Shown: in pieces, positions 40,437 to 49,551 of the stretch
Layout: each line of letters starts with the position of its first letter
Position numbering within the stretch: position 1 is the first letter of the stretch
IMG/VR virus record: IMGVR_UViG_2861079508_000001
Length of the DNA stretch: 64,000 bases
Strand: one strand, 5' to 3'
Origin: a virus
Taxonomy: Duplodnaviria; Heunggongvirae; Uroviricota; Caudoviricetes
Program-made: the position numbers and the translations under genes
Notes under the pieces: model-generated
The model's input: the letters and a program-made list of their open reading frames with translations, nothing else
What the model was told of the DNA's origin: nothing
The model's database searches: none

Positions 40437-41104
40437 TATTCTTCTTCCTCCAGACTCAACAGATAATCTACAAATTCTTCAAACTCGGCTTCCGCCTTTT
40501 TGTCGCGCTCGCTACCGGTCATTTCAAAGATAGAACGACCAGACTCTTCCGCATCATCATAGACGTTGCGGTTATATAGATTGACTGGCGCAGACTCGAT
40601 GCCAAACGTCTCAACAATCTCTTTAGCCGCCAGAATGCGAGACACTTGTGATGGCAAAGCCGGGCACTGGTTCATGACCGCGCGGACCTTCACTTTATCG
40701 TTTACATTACGAACATTGTCGATAATAGGATCGATGTCACGCAGAGATTTCAAATCACGACGCTTAGGACGAAGCGGGATAATGATAACGTCGGCCATCA
40801 GCATCGCTTGTCGCTGAATTTCGGAGTCAAAGCCACCAGCATCTACCACTACATACTCAGCTCTACCCTGAAGCGATTTTAGGTGCTTAATGATGTCATC
40901 CTGAACGTATGCAAAAGGAATCAGCTCAAGGTCTTCGTTCTGTCGACGGTCTTCACACCAGCTCGTTGTCGTGCGCTGAATATCTATATCGGTGATATAA
41001 ACCTTCTTCTTCTTTTTGACTTTCAGGCAAACGGCAATTTGCTGGGCAACGGTGGATTTGCCAGGCCCGCCCTTTGTGCCGCCAACCACAAAGATCTTGG
41101 TCAT
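40436..41104 (-). CDS. parA: ParA/ParF-type partition ATPase
   Basis: 222 aa; deviant Walker A GGTKGGPGKST. Confidence 0.85.
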   Translation of the reverse strand: MTKIFVVGGTKGGPGKSTVAQQIAVCLKVKKKKKVYITDIDIQRTTTSWCEDRRQNEDLELIPFAYVQDDIIKHLKSLQGRAEYVVVDAGGFDSEIQRQAMLMADVIIIPLRPKRRDLKSLRDIDPIIDNVRNVNDKVKVRAVMNQCPALPSQVSRILAAKEIVETFGIESAPVNLYNRNVYDDAEESGRSIFEMTGSERDKKAEAEFEEFVDYLLSLEEEE

Positions 41105-41139
41105 TGGAGAGTTCCCTTTGCGTATATAATTATCGTCTG

Positions 41140-41155
41140 AAACAACTTGTTTTCT
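41140..41155. promoter_or_regulatory. motif A (AAACAACTTGTTTTCT) upstream of parA
   Basis: 36-51 bp upstream of ATG 41104. Confidence 0.4.
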
Positions 41156-41258
41156 TATATGTGATATAGCCTAAATGCCTACGGCTGTGGTGTAAAGGTT
41201 AAATGGTAGGTGCTGCCTTAGAATTTTTAGGCGAGAATCAATGGCTGTTAACAAAAAA

Positions 41259-41282
41259 GGCGACCAAAGTCGCCTGATTTTT
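41259..41282 (-). terminator. intrinsic terminator GGCGAC-caaa-GTCGCC flanked by A/T runs
   Basis: read directly; minus-strand reading ends in TTTTTTGT after the stem. Confidence 0.65.
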
Positions 41283-42033
41283 AATCTTTTAGGTATAAAC
41301 CTACTGGAGTTCTTGTTTTGCGGGAGATGATAAGTACGATAAATTTCTGAACGTTAACTTGCACTTTGTTTGGGAGCCAAGAGCTTAACTCTGCATCAAG
41401 CAACAATCCTCTGTTCCACGGCAAAAATCCGGTTTCTTTCCCCATCCCGTACTCGCCTAACACATCCTCGAACGTTTCTGTTTTGGCATTGTATATACGC
41501 ACATCGCCGGTTCGCATGAGAGGCCCTGCCCAGATCTTAGCACCAGGAATGGTTTGTGTATCGTCGCAGACTAAATGCTCATACCAATGAAGAAGAAAGA
41601 GATAGGTACGGTGACACAATCCTCGCTGACGACGCTCTCTGACAGTTTCGACACCGGCTACCTGGTAACATTCGATCTCATTACCGTCTTCAACAAAACT
41701 ATATTCACGCAGAGCTATCCTACCAGCGATCGTATTTTTGTTTTCGTCCAGAAGCCCGGACTGGAGCACCTCTTTGATAATCTCTTCTTCAGGGGCATCT
41801 TCATCCGCTCGATCTAAGATGAATTCGCTCAGGTCGCCTTGGTCGCGCGCACCTACAAGTTCCATAGAGACATACAGGCAAATGTCATCTTCTGGTTCAA
41901 TGATTTCAATTTCTGAGATTTTATAGAGGGAGGCTTCATTGATAAGAAAGCCAAAACGAACAACACGAGTCTCCCCTTTATGAGGAAACTCGCTTAGATC
42001 TTTTGAATATGCGCTATCTAGTGTAGGAGCCAT
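41281..42033 (-). CDS. hypothetical protein (250 aa)
   Basis: ORF only. Confidence 0.4.
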   Translation of the reverse strand: MAPTLDSAYSKDLSEFPHKGETRVVRFGFLINEASLYKISEIEIIEPEDDICLYVSMELVGARDQGDLSEFILDRADEDAPEEEIIKEVLQSGLLDENKNTIAGRIALREYSFVEDGNEIECYQVAGVETVRERRQRGLCHRTYLFLLHWYEHLVCDDTQTIPGAKIWAGPLMRTGDVRIYNAKTETFEDVLGEYGMGKETGFLPWNRGLLLDAELSSWLPNKVQVNVQKFIVLIISRKTRTPVGLYLKD

Positions 42034-42401
42034 TTTGTAGCAGAATCATCAGCCTTAACCGTGCTGACAATGCTACCATGATTGCGTAAGAAGCGGCGAA
42101 TAGAATGTTCAATAACCTCCGAAAAAGCCTCGATAAAACGAGACAGCTCAGGGTACTGTTTAGCTGGCTTGACTACAAAACGAACACGACCATTCAGGTA
42201 AATTGCTTCAGCTAATGGCTTCACGCTTGCACCAGCGCGCTCAACATCGTCTTTGAAGGTAACGATGAAGCGTGAGTCTTCCGGTTCAATAGCGTCATTA
42301 TTGAGCTTACGTACTTCAAGCTTGTGCTGATTCAGCACATGAGTCTCGATAATACTCGTGCAATCGCGAATAGTTTGTATAGAACGTTTCTCGTTCAGCA
42401 T
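42018..42401 (-). CDS. hypothetical protein (127 aa)
   Basis: ORF only. Confidence 0.4.
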   Translation of the reverse strand: MLNEKRSIQTIRDCTSIIETHVLNQHKLEVRKLNNDAIEPEDSRFIVTFKDDVERAGASVKPLAEAIYLNGRVRFVVKPAKQYPELSRFIEAFSEVIEHSIRRFLRNHGSIVSTVKADDSATKWLLH

Positions 42402-42625
42402 GTGTCCACCTTAGCCGTTAACACAAGTGTCATTGCGGCACCCCTCTCGGGGTTGAAGGCTACGAGGATGCGTAGCCTGTATGTGCCCACTTACGTGGAT
42501 GCCTAATAAATCTACATCAAATTACTAAATGATTCAACATGAGCTTGAGTGAACAGGCGTGTATATGAGTGAAGATGCCATCTTTAGGATAAAAGGTAAA
42601 CTGAGACCACTCATCAATCATCGAC

Positions 42626-42958
42626 TCAGTTCAGGTGCCCCCACTCACACAGCCTTTCACCTATCGTATTGTGGATAAGCAACTGTCGCTCCGTTTCCTC
42701 AGTCATAAAATCCTCTCTACTCACATAAATAGGATTTGCAGCATCGCAGAATAGCACGCCTGGAGCCTGCGTCTTAATCACGCACCCATTTATCAAACAG
42801 CTCGCGATGAACACCAGAGGCATCTTTTTGCCGCACTTCATTAACCGTTTCATTTTTGACATCCACTGTGCTTTGAAGTCGTTTTCTGTCTTCCTGTTTT
42901 GCCTTCTCTTCCATTGCTCGTCGCGCCGCATTTCCGCCCATCGTGTAAGCGCCGACAA
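42626..42958 (-). CDS. possible o-spanin (Rz1-like lipoprotein), probably starting at an internal Met
   Basis: lipobox-like FIASC within MKRLMKCGKKMPLVFIASCLINGC; out of frame within the upstream gene. Confidence 0.35.
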   Translation of the reverse strand: MSALTRWAEMRRDEQWKRRQNRKTENDFKAQWMSKMKRLMKCGKKMPLVFIASCLINGCVIKTQAPGVLFCDAANPIYVSREDFMTEETERQLLIHNTIGERLCEWGHLN

Positions 42959-43025
42959 GAACGAAAAGAACGGCAGCCAGCGTAATCAAAGCAACTTTTA
43001 GCTTTGTCATCAGGCTGCCTAGCAT
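42774..43025 (-). CDS. possible i-spanin (Rz-like) membrane protein
   Basis: N-terminal helix LKVALITLAAVLFVLVGAY then charged helical region; overlaps the putative o-spanin ORF. Confidence 0.4.
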   Translation of the reverse strand: MLGSLMTKLKVALITLAAVLFVLVGAYTMGGNAARRAMEEKAKQEDRKRLQSTVDVKNETVNEVRQKDASGVHRELFDKWVRD

Positions 43026-43026
43026 A

Positions 43027-43746
43027 TTAGACCATCCCTTTCTGGTGTTTTCTTACCTGCGACCAGGCAATGAATCCTGCCACAACAATAGTGGCAATAC
43101 CGAAGATGATGCGTACTGTATCCCCGCTAGAGATATGACCTTGTGCTTTATCCATAGCAGCGGAAACCTGCGGCATAACATCGGCAAGCTGCGCCAGACC
43201 AATACCTGCTGTGACAGTTGCGCCTGCGGTTTCTTTAGTTACAGGAACAGCCTTCACGGTTTTCACCGGCTTAACGACGCCGGCTCGACGCAGACCTTCC
43301 TCAATAACTTCTGCCGCATACCAGGTGTTCAGCGTTTTTAGTGGACCTCGACCATTCTCGTGGCGAATGATTGCCTCAACCAAAGGTCGAAGGATGTCGT
43401 AATCATGCAGATCGATGATCATGTCTGCGGTTACACCAACGGCTTTAGACACCTCATTAATGTAGGCGTCAGTGTTGTTTTCATTCGGCGGTGCCCAACG
43501 TTCAATAACTTCACGAATGGTATCGATACTTGAGCCGTCTTTTGCGCGACGTTTGTCGTGGTAGGTAATTAGAGTCACCGCCAGCGCACGAATCCCCCAA
43601 ACAGGGTCTTTAAACGTGCAAAAGCGCGGTTCGTCTGGATTCGCAACCAGACCTTGCCACGGTGATCCTTTATCAAGATTACCGGGGTTATTATTACGAA
43701 TGCCTCTCGGAGTCTTCATCCTTGATCTCCTGTTATTGCAGTCCAT
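43027..43746 (-). CDS. putative endolysin / cell-wall hydrolase with C-terminal transmembrane helix
   Basis: position between holin-like and spanin-like genes; N-terminal GIRNNNPGNL motif; C-terminal IIFGIATIVVAGFIAW; family not confidently recognised. Confidence 0.4.
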   Translation of the reverse strand: MDCNNRRSRMKTPRGIRNNNPGNLDKGSPWQGLVANPDEPRFCTFKDPVWGIRALAVTLITYHDKRRAKDGSSIDTIREVIERWAPPNENNTDAYINEVSKAVGVTADMIIDLHDYDILRPLVEAIIRHENGRGPLKTLNTWYAAEVIEEGLRRAGVVKPVKTVKAVPVTKETAGATVTAGIGLAQLADVMPQVSAAMDKAQGHISSGDTVRIIFGIATIVVAGFIAWSQVRKHQKGMV

Positions 43747-44068
43747 TTTTTACGCCATACGCGGCTAACCCCAAAAGCAGTGCAGTAATAATGAACGACG
43801 TTATTTTAGAAACAATGCCGCCAAAGAACCCACTGGAGATGGAATCTAACCGGTTAAGGAGTTTGTCCAGATTGGAGTGTTGAATACTATGTTGCGCCGG
43901 GGTCATATCACCAAAGTAGGTTTTCAGCTGATCATTGACCTCCTGGCCAATTTCTTCACGTAGCTCTTTACCTAATTTGCCAACAACCTCCCGAGCAACG
44001 ATCGCGGCAATACGCTCAACTTGCTCTGTTGTAACGCTCGCCATCTCGTTCGACATGTTTTCCTCCAT
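43733..44068 (-). CDS. holin-like protein with one C-terminal transmembrane helix (start probably ATG at 44057)
   Basis: GGAGGAAAAC then ATG at 44057; C-terminal ITSFIITALLLGLAAYGV. Confidence 0.4.
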   Translation of the reverse strand: MEENMSNEMASVTTEQVERIAAIVAREVVGKLGKELREEIGQEVNDQLKTYFGDMTPAQHSIQHSNLDKLLNRLDSISSGFFGGIVSKITSFIITALLLGLAAYGVKNGLQ

Positions 44069-44118
44069 GAAAAGTCAAATCGGGATGGCGGATTTATATC
44101 ACATTTCACCCTTTTATT

Positions 44119-44140
44119 GTAGGTGTGTACCTACCTATCA
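44119..44140. promoter_or_regulatory. motif B variant upstream of holin-like gene
   Basis: GTAGGTGTGTACCTACCTATCA. Confidence 0.4.
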
Positions 44141-44371
44141 TTCAGCATTGCAACGGACTGATGAGAAAGCACCTACTCCTACCCATCGCCAGTTATAGAT
44201 ACTACCCGCTTTGTATAAGGTATAGTCGTTCACTTTTTTAACAGCATATATGGGTATGACTGTCTCCTGTCCACCAATGATAGCCTCACCGTAACATATA
44301 GGTGTCGGCAATTTCTGGCAGCCAGTAAGAGAGAGAACAACAGCTATTATTAGAAATAATCTTTTCATCAT
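44138..44371 (-). CDS. small lipoprotein (77 aa), possible superinfection-exclusion factor
   Basis: MMKRLFLIIAVVLSLTGC has a lipobox; sits between lysis genes and tail-fiber genes. Confidence 0.5.
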   Translation of the reverse strand: MMKRLFLIIAVVLSLTGCQKLPTPICYGEAIIGGQETVIPIYAVKKVNDYTLYKAGSIYNWRWVGVGAFSSVRCNAE

Positions 44372-44378
44372 TTACTCA

Positions 44379-44987
44379 TCAGTTATACAGATTTCTATTT
44401 ATTACCGGTACTCTGCCATTTACGCTAAAACTATGGCCGCCATTAAGTTGGTTTACGAATATCGAGCTAACAGTATTTCCATATGCCGCATATCCATAAA
44501 CCATTGTCATGGCTCCGCCCGGTACTGGAACAGCGAACACATTCGCATATGTTGGGATTATCGCTGGTGGGTAATCAAAAACATGCCCTCCAGAGCTGTT
44601 CCACTCCGTATTATTAAGAAAGGTAAATGAAAGTGGGATATTTGCCGTATTATAGATTTCCTCCCCTTGTGCATTGAAAAAACTCATGCCCCAAGTTTCT
44701 TTTTTGGCTATACCTTTCGAAAATACGTATATCGTGGCACTAGAGTCGCTACCCTGACCTCCGAAACTGTAAATCACCTGGTTGTTACGCACTATTCTGT
44801 TGGCTATTAATGAAACAGCTTTCGAATAGGCAACAAAAATCATCGGTGAACGATCTGGAGATATTTGGGTGTTAAACTCTGTCCCGCCGGACAAAGAAAC
44901 AACCTGCTTTCTCTGAAAAACGATAGGAGACAAAGAAGGAGACATCCAGACCTTCCCGTCAGATCGATATATCTTGCTTCCGTACAT
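44379..44987 (-). CDS. hypothetical tail-fiber-associated protein (202 aa)
   Basis: ORF directly downstream of the tail fiber locus; Gly/Ser/Asn-rich. Confidence 0.35.
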   Translation of the reverse strand: MYGSKIYRSDGKVWMSPSLSPIVFQRKQVVSLSGGTEFNTQISPDRSPMIFVAYSKAVSLIANRIVRNNQVIYSFGGQGSDSSATIYVFSKGIAKKETWGMSFFNAQGEEIYNTANIPLSFTFLNNTEWNSSGGHVFDYPPAIIPTYANVFAVPVPGGAMTMVYGYAAYGNTVSSIFVNQLNGGHSFSVNGRVPVINRNLYN

Positions 44988-45241
44988 TATTTTTGAAAAA
45001 CCAATATGTTTAAATTACCACTAGCTCCAGACCACGAAATGGTATTTCCAGAAACCGTAAGACTTGTGTATTTTCCATTGGTTACGTCCATTATGTAATA
45101 GTCGATTCCCAATCCCGCCTCAACCTCATATGTTCTACTTCCTGAACCAGAGGGAGTAAAATAATCGAGGTAATAAACAGGGGCCAACGCATCGACCATC
45201 TCCTGTCTTGATGGCGACCAAACCTGTGCACCATAGCTCAT
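44987..45241 (-). CDS. hypothetical tail-fiber-associated protein (84 aa)
   Basis: ORF; 1-bp overlap with the next gene. Confidence 0.35.
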   Translation of the reverse strand: MSYGAQVWSPSRQEMVDALAPVYYLDYFTPSGSGSRTYEVEAGLGIDYYIMDVTNGKYTSLTVSGNTISWSGASGNLNILVFQK

Positions 45242-45266
45242 AAATATATCCTTATACTTTTAAGCA

Positions 45267-45289
45267 GGGGCTGGTTTAGTTCCAGCCCC
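45267..45289. terminator. hairpin GGGGCTGG-tttagtt-CCAGCCCC downstream of tail fiber gene
   Basis: 8-bp GC stem; no clear T-tract. Confidence 0.35.
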
Positions 45290-45301
45290 GATTGAAGTTG
45301 T

Positions 45302-48300
45302 TTATTCTTTAGGTGAATTTAACTTCGTTTCAAGCTCCTCAACCCTTTTGGTCAATTGCTGAATATGATGAATGAGTGGTACAACCAAACGCTCATACAT
45401 CACTCCTTCAGCGACCATACCATTTGAGGAAATATCTTCTGGAGAATCATTATTTGTTGGTTCACGCCAATGGACATATTGCGGGGCAATCTCACCAACC
45501 TCTTCAGCAATAAGGCCGTAATACCCCCAATCCTTTCGGTCACCTCGACAAATTGAACGATACCAAACAGGTCTTAATGACAAAAGTTCATCAGCATATC
45601 GATCTTGTAATGTTTCAATATCCTTTTTATAGCGCCTTGAAGAGGTTGAACGCCAAACTGTATTGATACCTGGGTTTGGATCAATGTACATATTGGCACC
45701 GCTAGTAGTTGTGCCAATATCCCATATAGCAAACCCTCCACTACCGCCTGATTTGACAACCAGTGTTTCAGCAATAATATCCAGGTTGCCACTATAGCCT
45801 GTCAGTGATGATCTGCTTGCATAGGAACTTAGAAGGTTTGTTACCTCTGTTTTCGTGTAAGCATTAAGGTTAGCCGCAGTCAAAGTTATATCGGCAGAGC
45901 CATCAAACGCCACACCAGCAATTTTCCTTGCTGTCTGCAATTTTGTGGCGGTTGCGGCATTACCAGTAGTGTTCTGATTACCAGTTGTATTCACACCAGG
46001 GATTGAATCCTTAGCGGTATATACCTGCGCCCACGCTGACCATGCCGCACCTGTGTTATCTCTTCGTGAGCGAATGAAAACTGGCGCATGTGCACCGCTC
46101 GTACCACTCCAGCCAATAAGCAACTCTCCCTCACCAGCAGCACTCGCACCTTTCATGTGCAATACGTTGCCATACATGGTCGGGTAGCTATTGTTGTACG
46201 CCTCGTACATTTGAATGCCAGCAGTGCCTTGAGTAGAGCCGCTTAACGCCGTAACTCGGCCACGAGATACCAATGTATTAATGTTGATATCGCCTGAGCC
46301 ATCAAACTTAACACCATTGATGTTTCTCGCTGTTTGCAACTTCGTAGCTGTTGAAGCATTACCGTTCAAACTACCATTTACGCCACCAGTCACATTTAGT
46401 CCATTACCAATTGATACAGCACCGCTGGTATTATTAATTGTAATAGGTCGCAAACCGTTCCATGAACCTAATGTGTCTCCTGATGCTGTTAGCATGAAAT
46501 ATGTGTTCGATCCATCATTACGGATAAAGAACCCAAAGCTACCGTAAGCAATGCGGAAACCATTTGCATATTTTGAAATGATCTCGCCAGAAGATGTCAA
46601 ACCTCCAGATAATGTACCACCGGTAAGAGGTAATGCACCGACATCAGAGGCTGTTGGTTTGTTTTTCGTGTTATATACTCTTCGCCATCCCGGAGAATAA
46701 TCTGTGCCATTAAATACATAGATAAACTCCGCATTAGTGAGAGCACCAGAGACACTCGTCGTTGTGGCCGTTGTTATACGGATCGTATAATTGTTTGAGC
46801 TACTACCGTTATTAAATACCTCTATAACAGCTCCTGCCAATGGAATAACGCCACAACCAGTTTCACTATTTGGTATGGTTGCACTATTGGCATAGGCCCA
46901 CGCACATCGAGCAATCCATGACTTTGTGTTAAATGCTCCATTATTTTGCAATAACGTCACTAACTGTGCTGTTGTTATTGCTCCGCCATTACTTCCTGTA
47001 GTTAACCAACCAGTAGGAGATGCCGGGCAACCTATATTTGCTGGCGACAAGGAAATATTTGCCGAGCCGTCAAACGACACCCCATTGATAGTACGCGCAG
47101 TCTGCAACTTCGTAGCAGTAGCCGCGTTGCCCGTTGTATTCTGATTACCAGTCGTATTAACACCTGGCAAATTAATATTCGCAGTACCATCAAAGCTCAC
47201 GCCGCCGATAGTTCTTGCCGTCTGAAGTTTTGTAGCAGTTGCAGCATTACCAGTGGTGTTCTGATTACCCGTAGTATTTACACCTGGAAGGTTGATATTT
47301 GCAGAACCGTCGAAACCAACTCCACCGATAGATCTTGCCGTCTGCAATTTCGTTGCTGTACTTGCATTACCATTTAATGTTCCGGTGATCCCACCAGTAA
47401 CAGACAACGGACCTGAAACTGTTCCTCCGGTTGTTGGCAGTGCTCCAATATCTAACGGCGTCGGTTTCTGATGTGTGCTATACATCGTATAAACAACACC
47501 ATCGGTAACGCTGGAAGGCTTACTAGCTGAATATGTTGGCGATGTATAAATAGAAACTGTCGCATTTGCAGTACAATCCCAATGGATATTTACACGAGTC
47601 GCATAATTGCCAATCTCAACGTAAATATCATATGTATCGCCGGATGTGTTGATCCAGGCGAAATTCGTTAATCCGACAGCTGTACGCTTCCACAAAGCAC
47701 CTGTAATCCCTTTGGGGTTTCCATTGCCTGCTCGTAGAACCAGTTCTGAAATGCCTGCCTGATGTGGGGAGCCGACGTTGTAACCAGCGCCACCAATCAA
47801 TGCGATGTAAACGATGGAACTCGCTTGTGGCATGGTAACCGTAGCCAGTTTGAACCACCCTGCCCCGCCAGAGAAAGACATCGTTACTGAATTTAAAGTA
47901 CCAATATCTTTCGGCGTTAATGTGATATCCGCAGTCAGTGCTTTACCGTTAACTTTTCGGTTAGATGGCACCCTGCTATTCGCATTGTCATTGGCTGCTT
48001 TAACTGCTTTTGGCGTTGCGGCCAGCGATTCACTGGTGCTGTCGACAGCACTGCTAAGTTTCACAACACCTTTAGTTGTAAGGCTTGCGTCTTCCATCGC
48101 AACTGCACCGGCAATCTCTTCAGCACGATCAGCAGCAGCTTCCGCACGGGTCGCAGCGGATTCAGCAGCAGTTTTGCTCTGAGATGCTGCCGTCGCACTG
48201 CCTGCCGCCTCTGTTGCTTTCGTGGATGCCGTCGTGGCGCTGCCCTTCGCTGCTGACGCCTGTCTGGTCGCCTCATCTTTTGAAGCAGACGCAGATGATG

Positions 48301-49459
48301 CCGATGACGCTGCCGAACTGGCGGACGATGCGGCTGCCGTTTTTGAGGATTCTGCACGGGTTTCCGACGCTTTCGCGTTCGTTTCGGATGTCTTCGCTGC
48401 GGAAGCAGACCTCGCTGCTGCGCTGGCCTGTTCAGTGGCTTCGCCAGCCTTCGTTGTGGCTGTTGAAGCAGACGATGCGGCACTTTCTGCCGATTTTCCG
48501 GCGGCTGTGGCACTGGCTGAGGCCTGCCCGGCACTTGTTGACGCGGCACTGGCAGACGACGCAGCCGCTGTTTTTGAGCCTGCTGCAGCCGAGGCGCTCT
48601 GTCCCGCTGCCGTTTCAGAAGACTTGGCGTTCGTCTCGGACGTTTTTGCCGCCTTCGCGGAATTTCCTGCCGCCGTTGCCGAGGAAGCTGCGCTACTGGC
48701 GCTCGAGGATGCGTTCGTTTCTGATGATTTCGCTGCCTCTTTTGAGGCCGCCGCATCCCGGGCTGAGGTGGCAGCTTCTGACGCTTTCGTGGTCGCGGTG
48801 GATGCAGAAGTGGCTGCTGATTGTTGTGACGCTGCGGCATTCGTTTCAGATTTTTTCGCAGCAGTTGCACTCGCACTTGCGGCACTTTGTGAGGATGCCG
48901 CAGCGGATGCACTTTGAGACGCTTGAGAGGCTTTTTCTCCAGCGGTATTGGCGCTTTCTGCTGCTGCGGCAGCACTGGCCGCCGCCTCACGAGCTTTGTC
49001 GCCAGCAGCATCAATCGCGTCAGTGTTATTTTTATACCACTCAACGTTTTCGTTGTGCTCGTTGACGATCTGCATTAGCGGCTTAACGGTTACTTCTGAA
49101 CCGTCTTCACGCTCGATTGTCACCTCATCCAGAGCAGTCAACCAACTGCGCATGGACTTGGAATCAGCCGACATACGCGACATTAGTGCTGTAAAGCGCG
49201 CGCTAAACTGTGTTAAGTCGCCTTCATAGGTCGTAATGATTCGGCACGGAACTTCAGACTGAGTTTCGCCGGTATAAGGTTCTGAGAGAACAATGTTCGT
49301 ATCACTGGTTACGCGCTTGATCTCATACAGCTTATTGTCGGGGCCAATGACGATCATCCCCGGCAACACACCATTAGCTGTTACGTTCCAGGCTGTCCCT
49401 GCCCCAACCAGAGTATTGCTGCCCTGTGTAAATGTGATAGTACCTTCCCTGTACCACAT
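45302..49459 (-). CDS. tail fiber protein with Ala/Ser-rich region, repeated NTTGNQNTTGNAATATKLQTAR modules and C-terminal S74-type self-cleaving chaperone domain
   Basis: 1385 aa; repeats visible in protein and DNA; C-terminal STSSRRYKKDIETL...LSLRPVWYR motif. Confidence 0.8.
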   Translation of the reverse strand: MWYREGTITFTQGSNTLVGAGTAWNVTANGVLPGMIVIGPDNKLYEIKRVTSDTNIVLSEPYTGETQSEVPCRIITTYEGDLTQFSARFTALMSRMSADSKSMRSWLTALDEVTIEREDGSEVTVKPLMQIVNEHNENVEWYKNNTDAIDAAGDKAREAAASAAAAAESANTAGEKASQASQSASAAASSQSAASASATAAKKSETNAAASQQSAATSASTATTKASEAATSARDAAASKEAAKSSETNASSSASSAASSATAAGNSAKAAKTSETNAKSSETAAGQSASAAAGSKTAAASSASAASTSAGQASASATAAGKSAESAASSASTATTKAGEATEQASAAARSASAAKTSETNAKASETRAESSKTAAASSASSAASSASSASASKDEATRQASAAKGSATTASTKATEAAGSATAASQSKTAAESAATRAEAAADRAEEIAGAVAMEDASLTTKGVVKLSSAVDSTSESLAATPKAVKAANDNANSRVPSNRKVNGKALTADITLTPKDIGTLNSVTMSFSGGAGWFKLATVTMPQASSIVYIALIGGAGYNVGSPHQAGISELVLRAGNGNPKGITGALWKRTAVGLTNFAWINTSGDTYDIYVEIGNYATRVNIHWDCTANATVSIYTSPTYSASKPSSVTDGVVYTMYSTHQKPTPLDIGALPTTGGTVSGPLSVTGGITGTLNGNASTATKLQTARSIGGVGFDGSANINLPGVNTTGNQNTTGNAATATKLQTARTIGGVSFDGTANINLPGVNTTGNQNTTGNAATATKLQTARTINGVSFDGSANISLSPANIGCPASPTGWLTTGSNGGAITTAQLVTLLQNNGAFNTKSWIARCAWAYANSATIPNSETGCGVIPLAGAVIEVFNNGSSSNNYTIRITTATTTSVSGALTNAEFIYVFNGTDYSPGWRRVYNTKNKPTASDVGALPLTGGTLSGGLTSSGEIISKYANGFRIAYGSFGFFIRNDGSNTYFMLTASGDTLGSWNGLRPITINNTSGAVSIGNGLNVTGGVNGSLNGNASTATKLQTARNINGVKFDGSGDININTLVSRGRVTALSGSTQGTAGIQMYEAYNNSYPTMYGNVLHMKGASAAGEGELLIGWSGTSGAHAPVFIRSRRDNTGAAWSAWAQVYTAKDSIPGVNTTGNQNTTGNAATATKLQTARKIAGVAFDGSADITLTAANLNAYTKTEVTNLLSSYASRSSLTGYSGNLDIIAETLVVKSGGSGGFAIWDIGTTTSGANMYIDPNPGINTVWRSTSSRRYKKDIETLQDRYADELLSLRPVWYRSICRGDRKDWGYYGLIAEEVGEIAPQYVHWREPTNNDSPEDISSNGMVAEGVMYERLVVPLIHHIQQLTKRVEELETKLNSPKE
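47040..47400. repeat. three tandem ~120-bp repeats inside the tail fiber gene (further diverged copies near 45890-46010 and 46270-46390)
   Basis: repeated ...gtattaacacctgg...gccgatagttcttgccgtctg... blocks seen directly. Confidence 0.6.
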
Positions 49460-49503
49460 GTTGAATATGCTCCTTGATTTGGTGGGCTATCCTTGCCCAC
49501 CAT

Positions 49504-49522
49504 TAAGTATGTACCTACTTAT
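49504..49522. promoter_or_regulatory. motif B upstream of tail fiber gene
   Basis: TAAGTATGTACCTACTTAT. Confidence 0.4.
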
Positions 49523-49551
49523 TTTTACCGATATAAATATTTTTTTCTACA

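Noticed and set aside
48061-49065. Three long ORFs (231-327 aa) in other frames and on the plus strand over the tail fiber gene
   Set aside because: They coincide with the GC-rich Ala/Ser-repeat coding region and translate to low-complexity Arg/Pro/Gln or Ala/Asp runs; compositional shadow ORFs.
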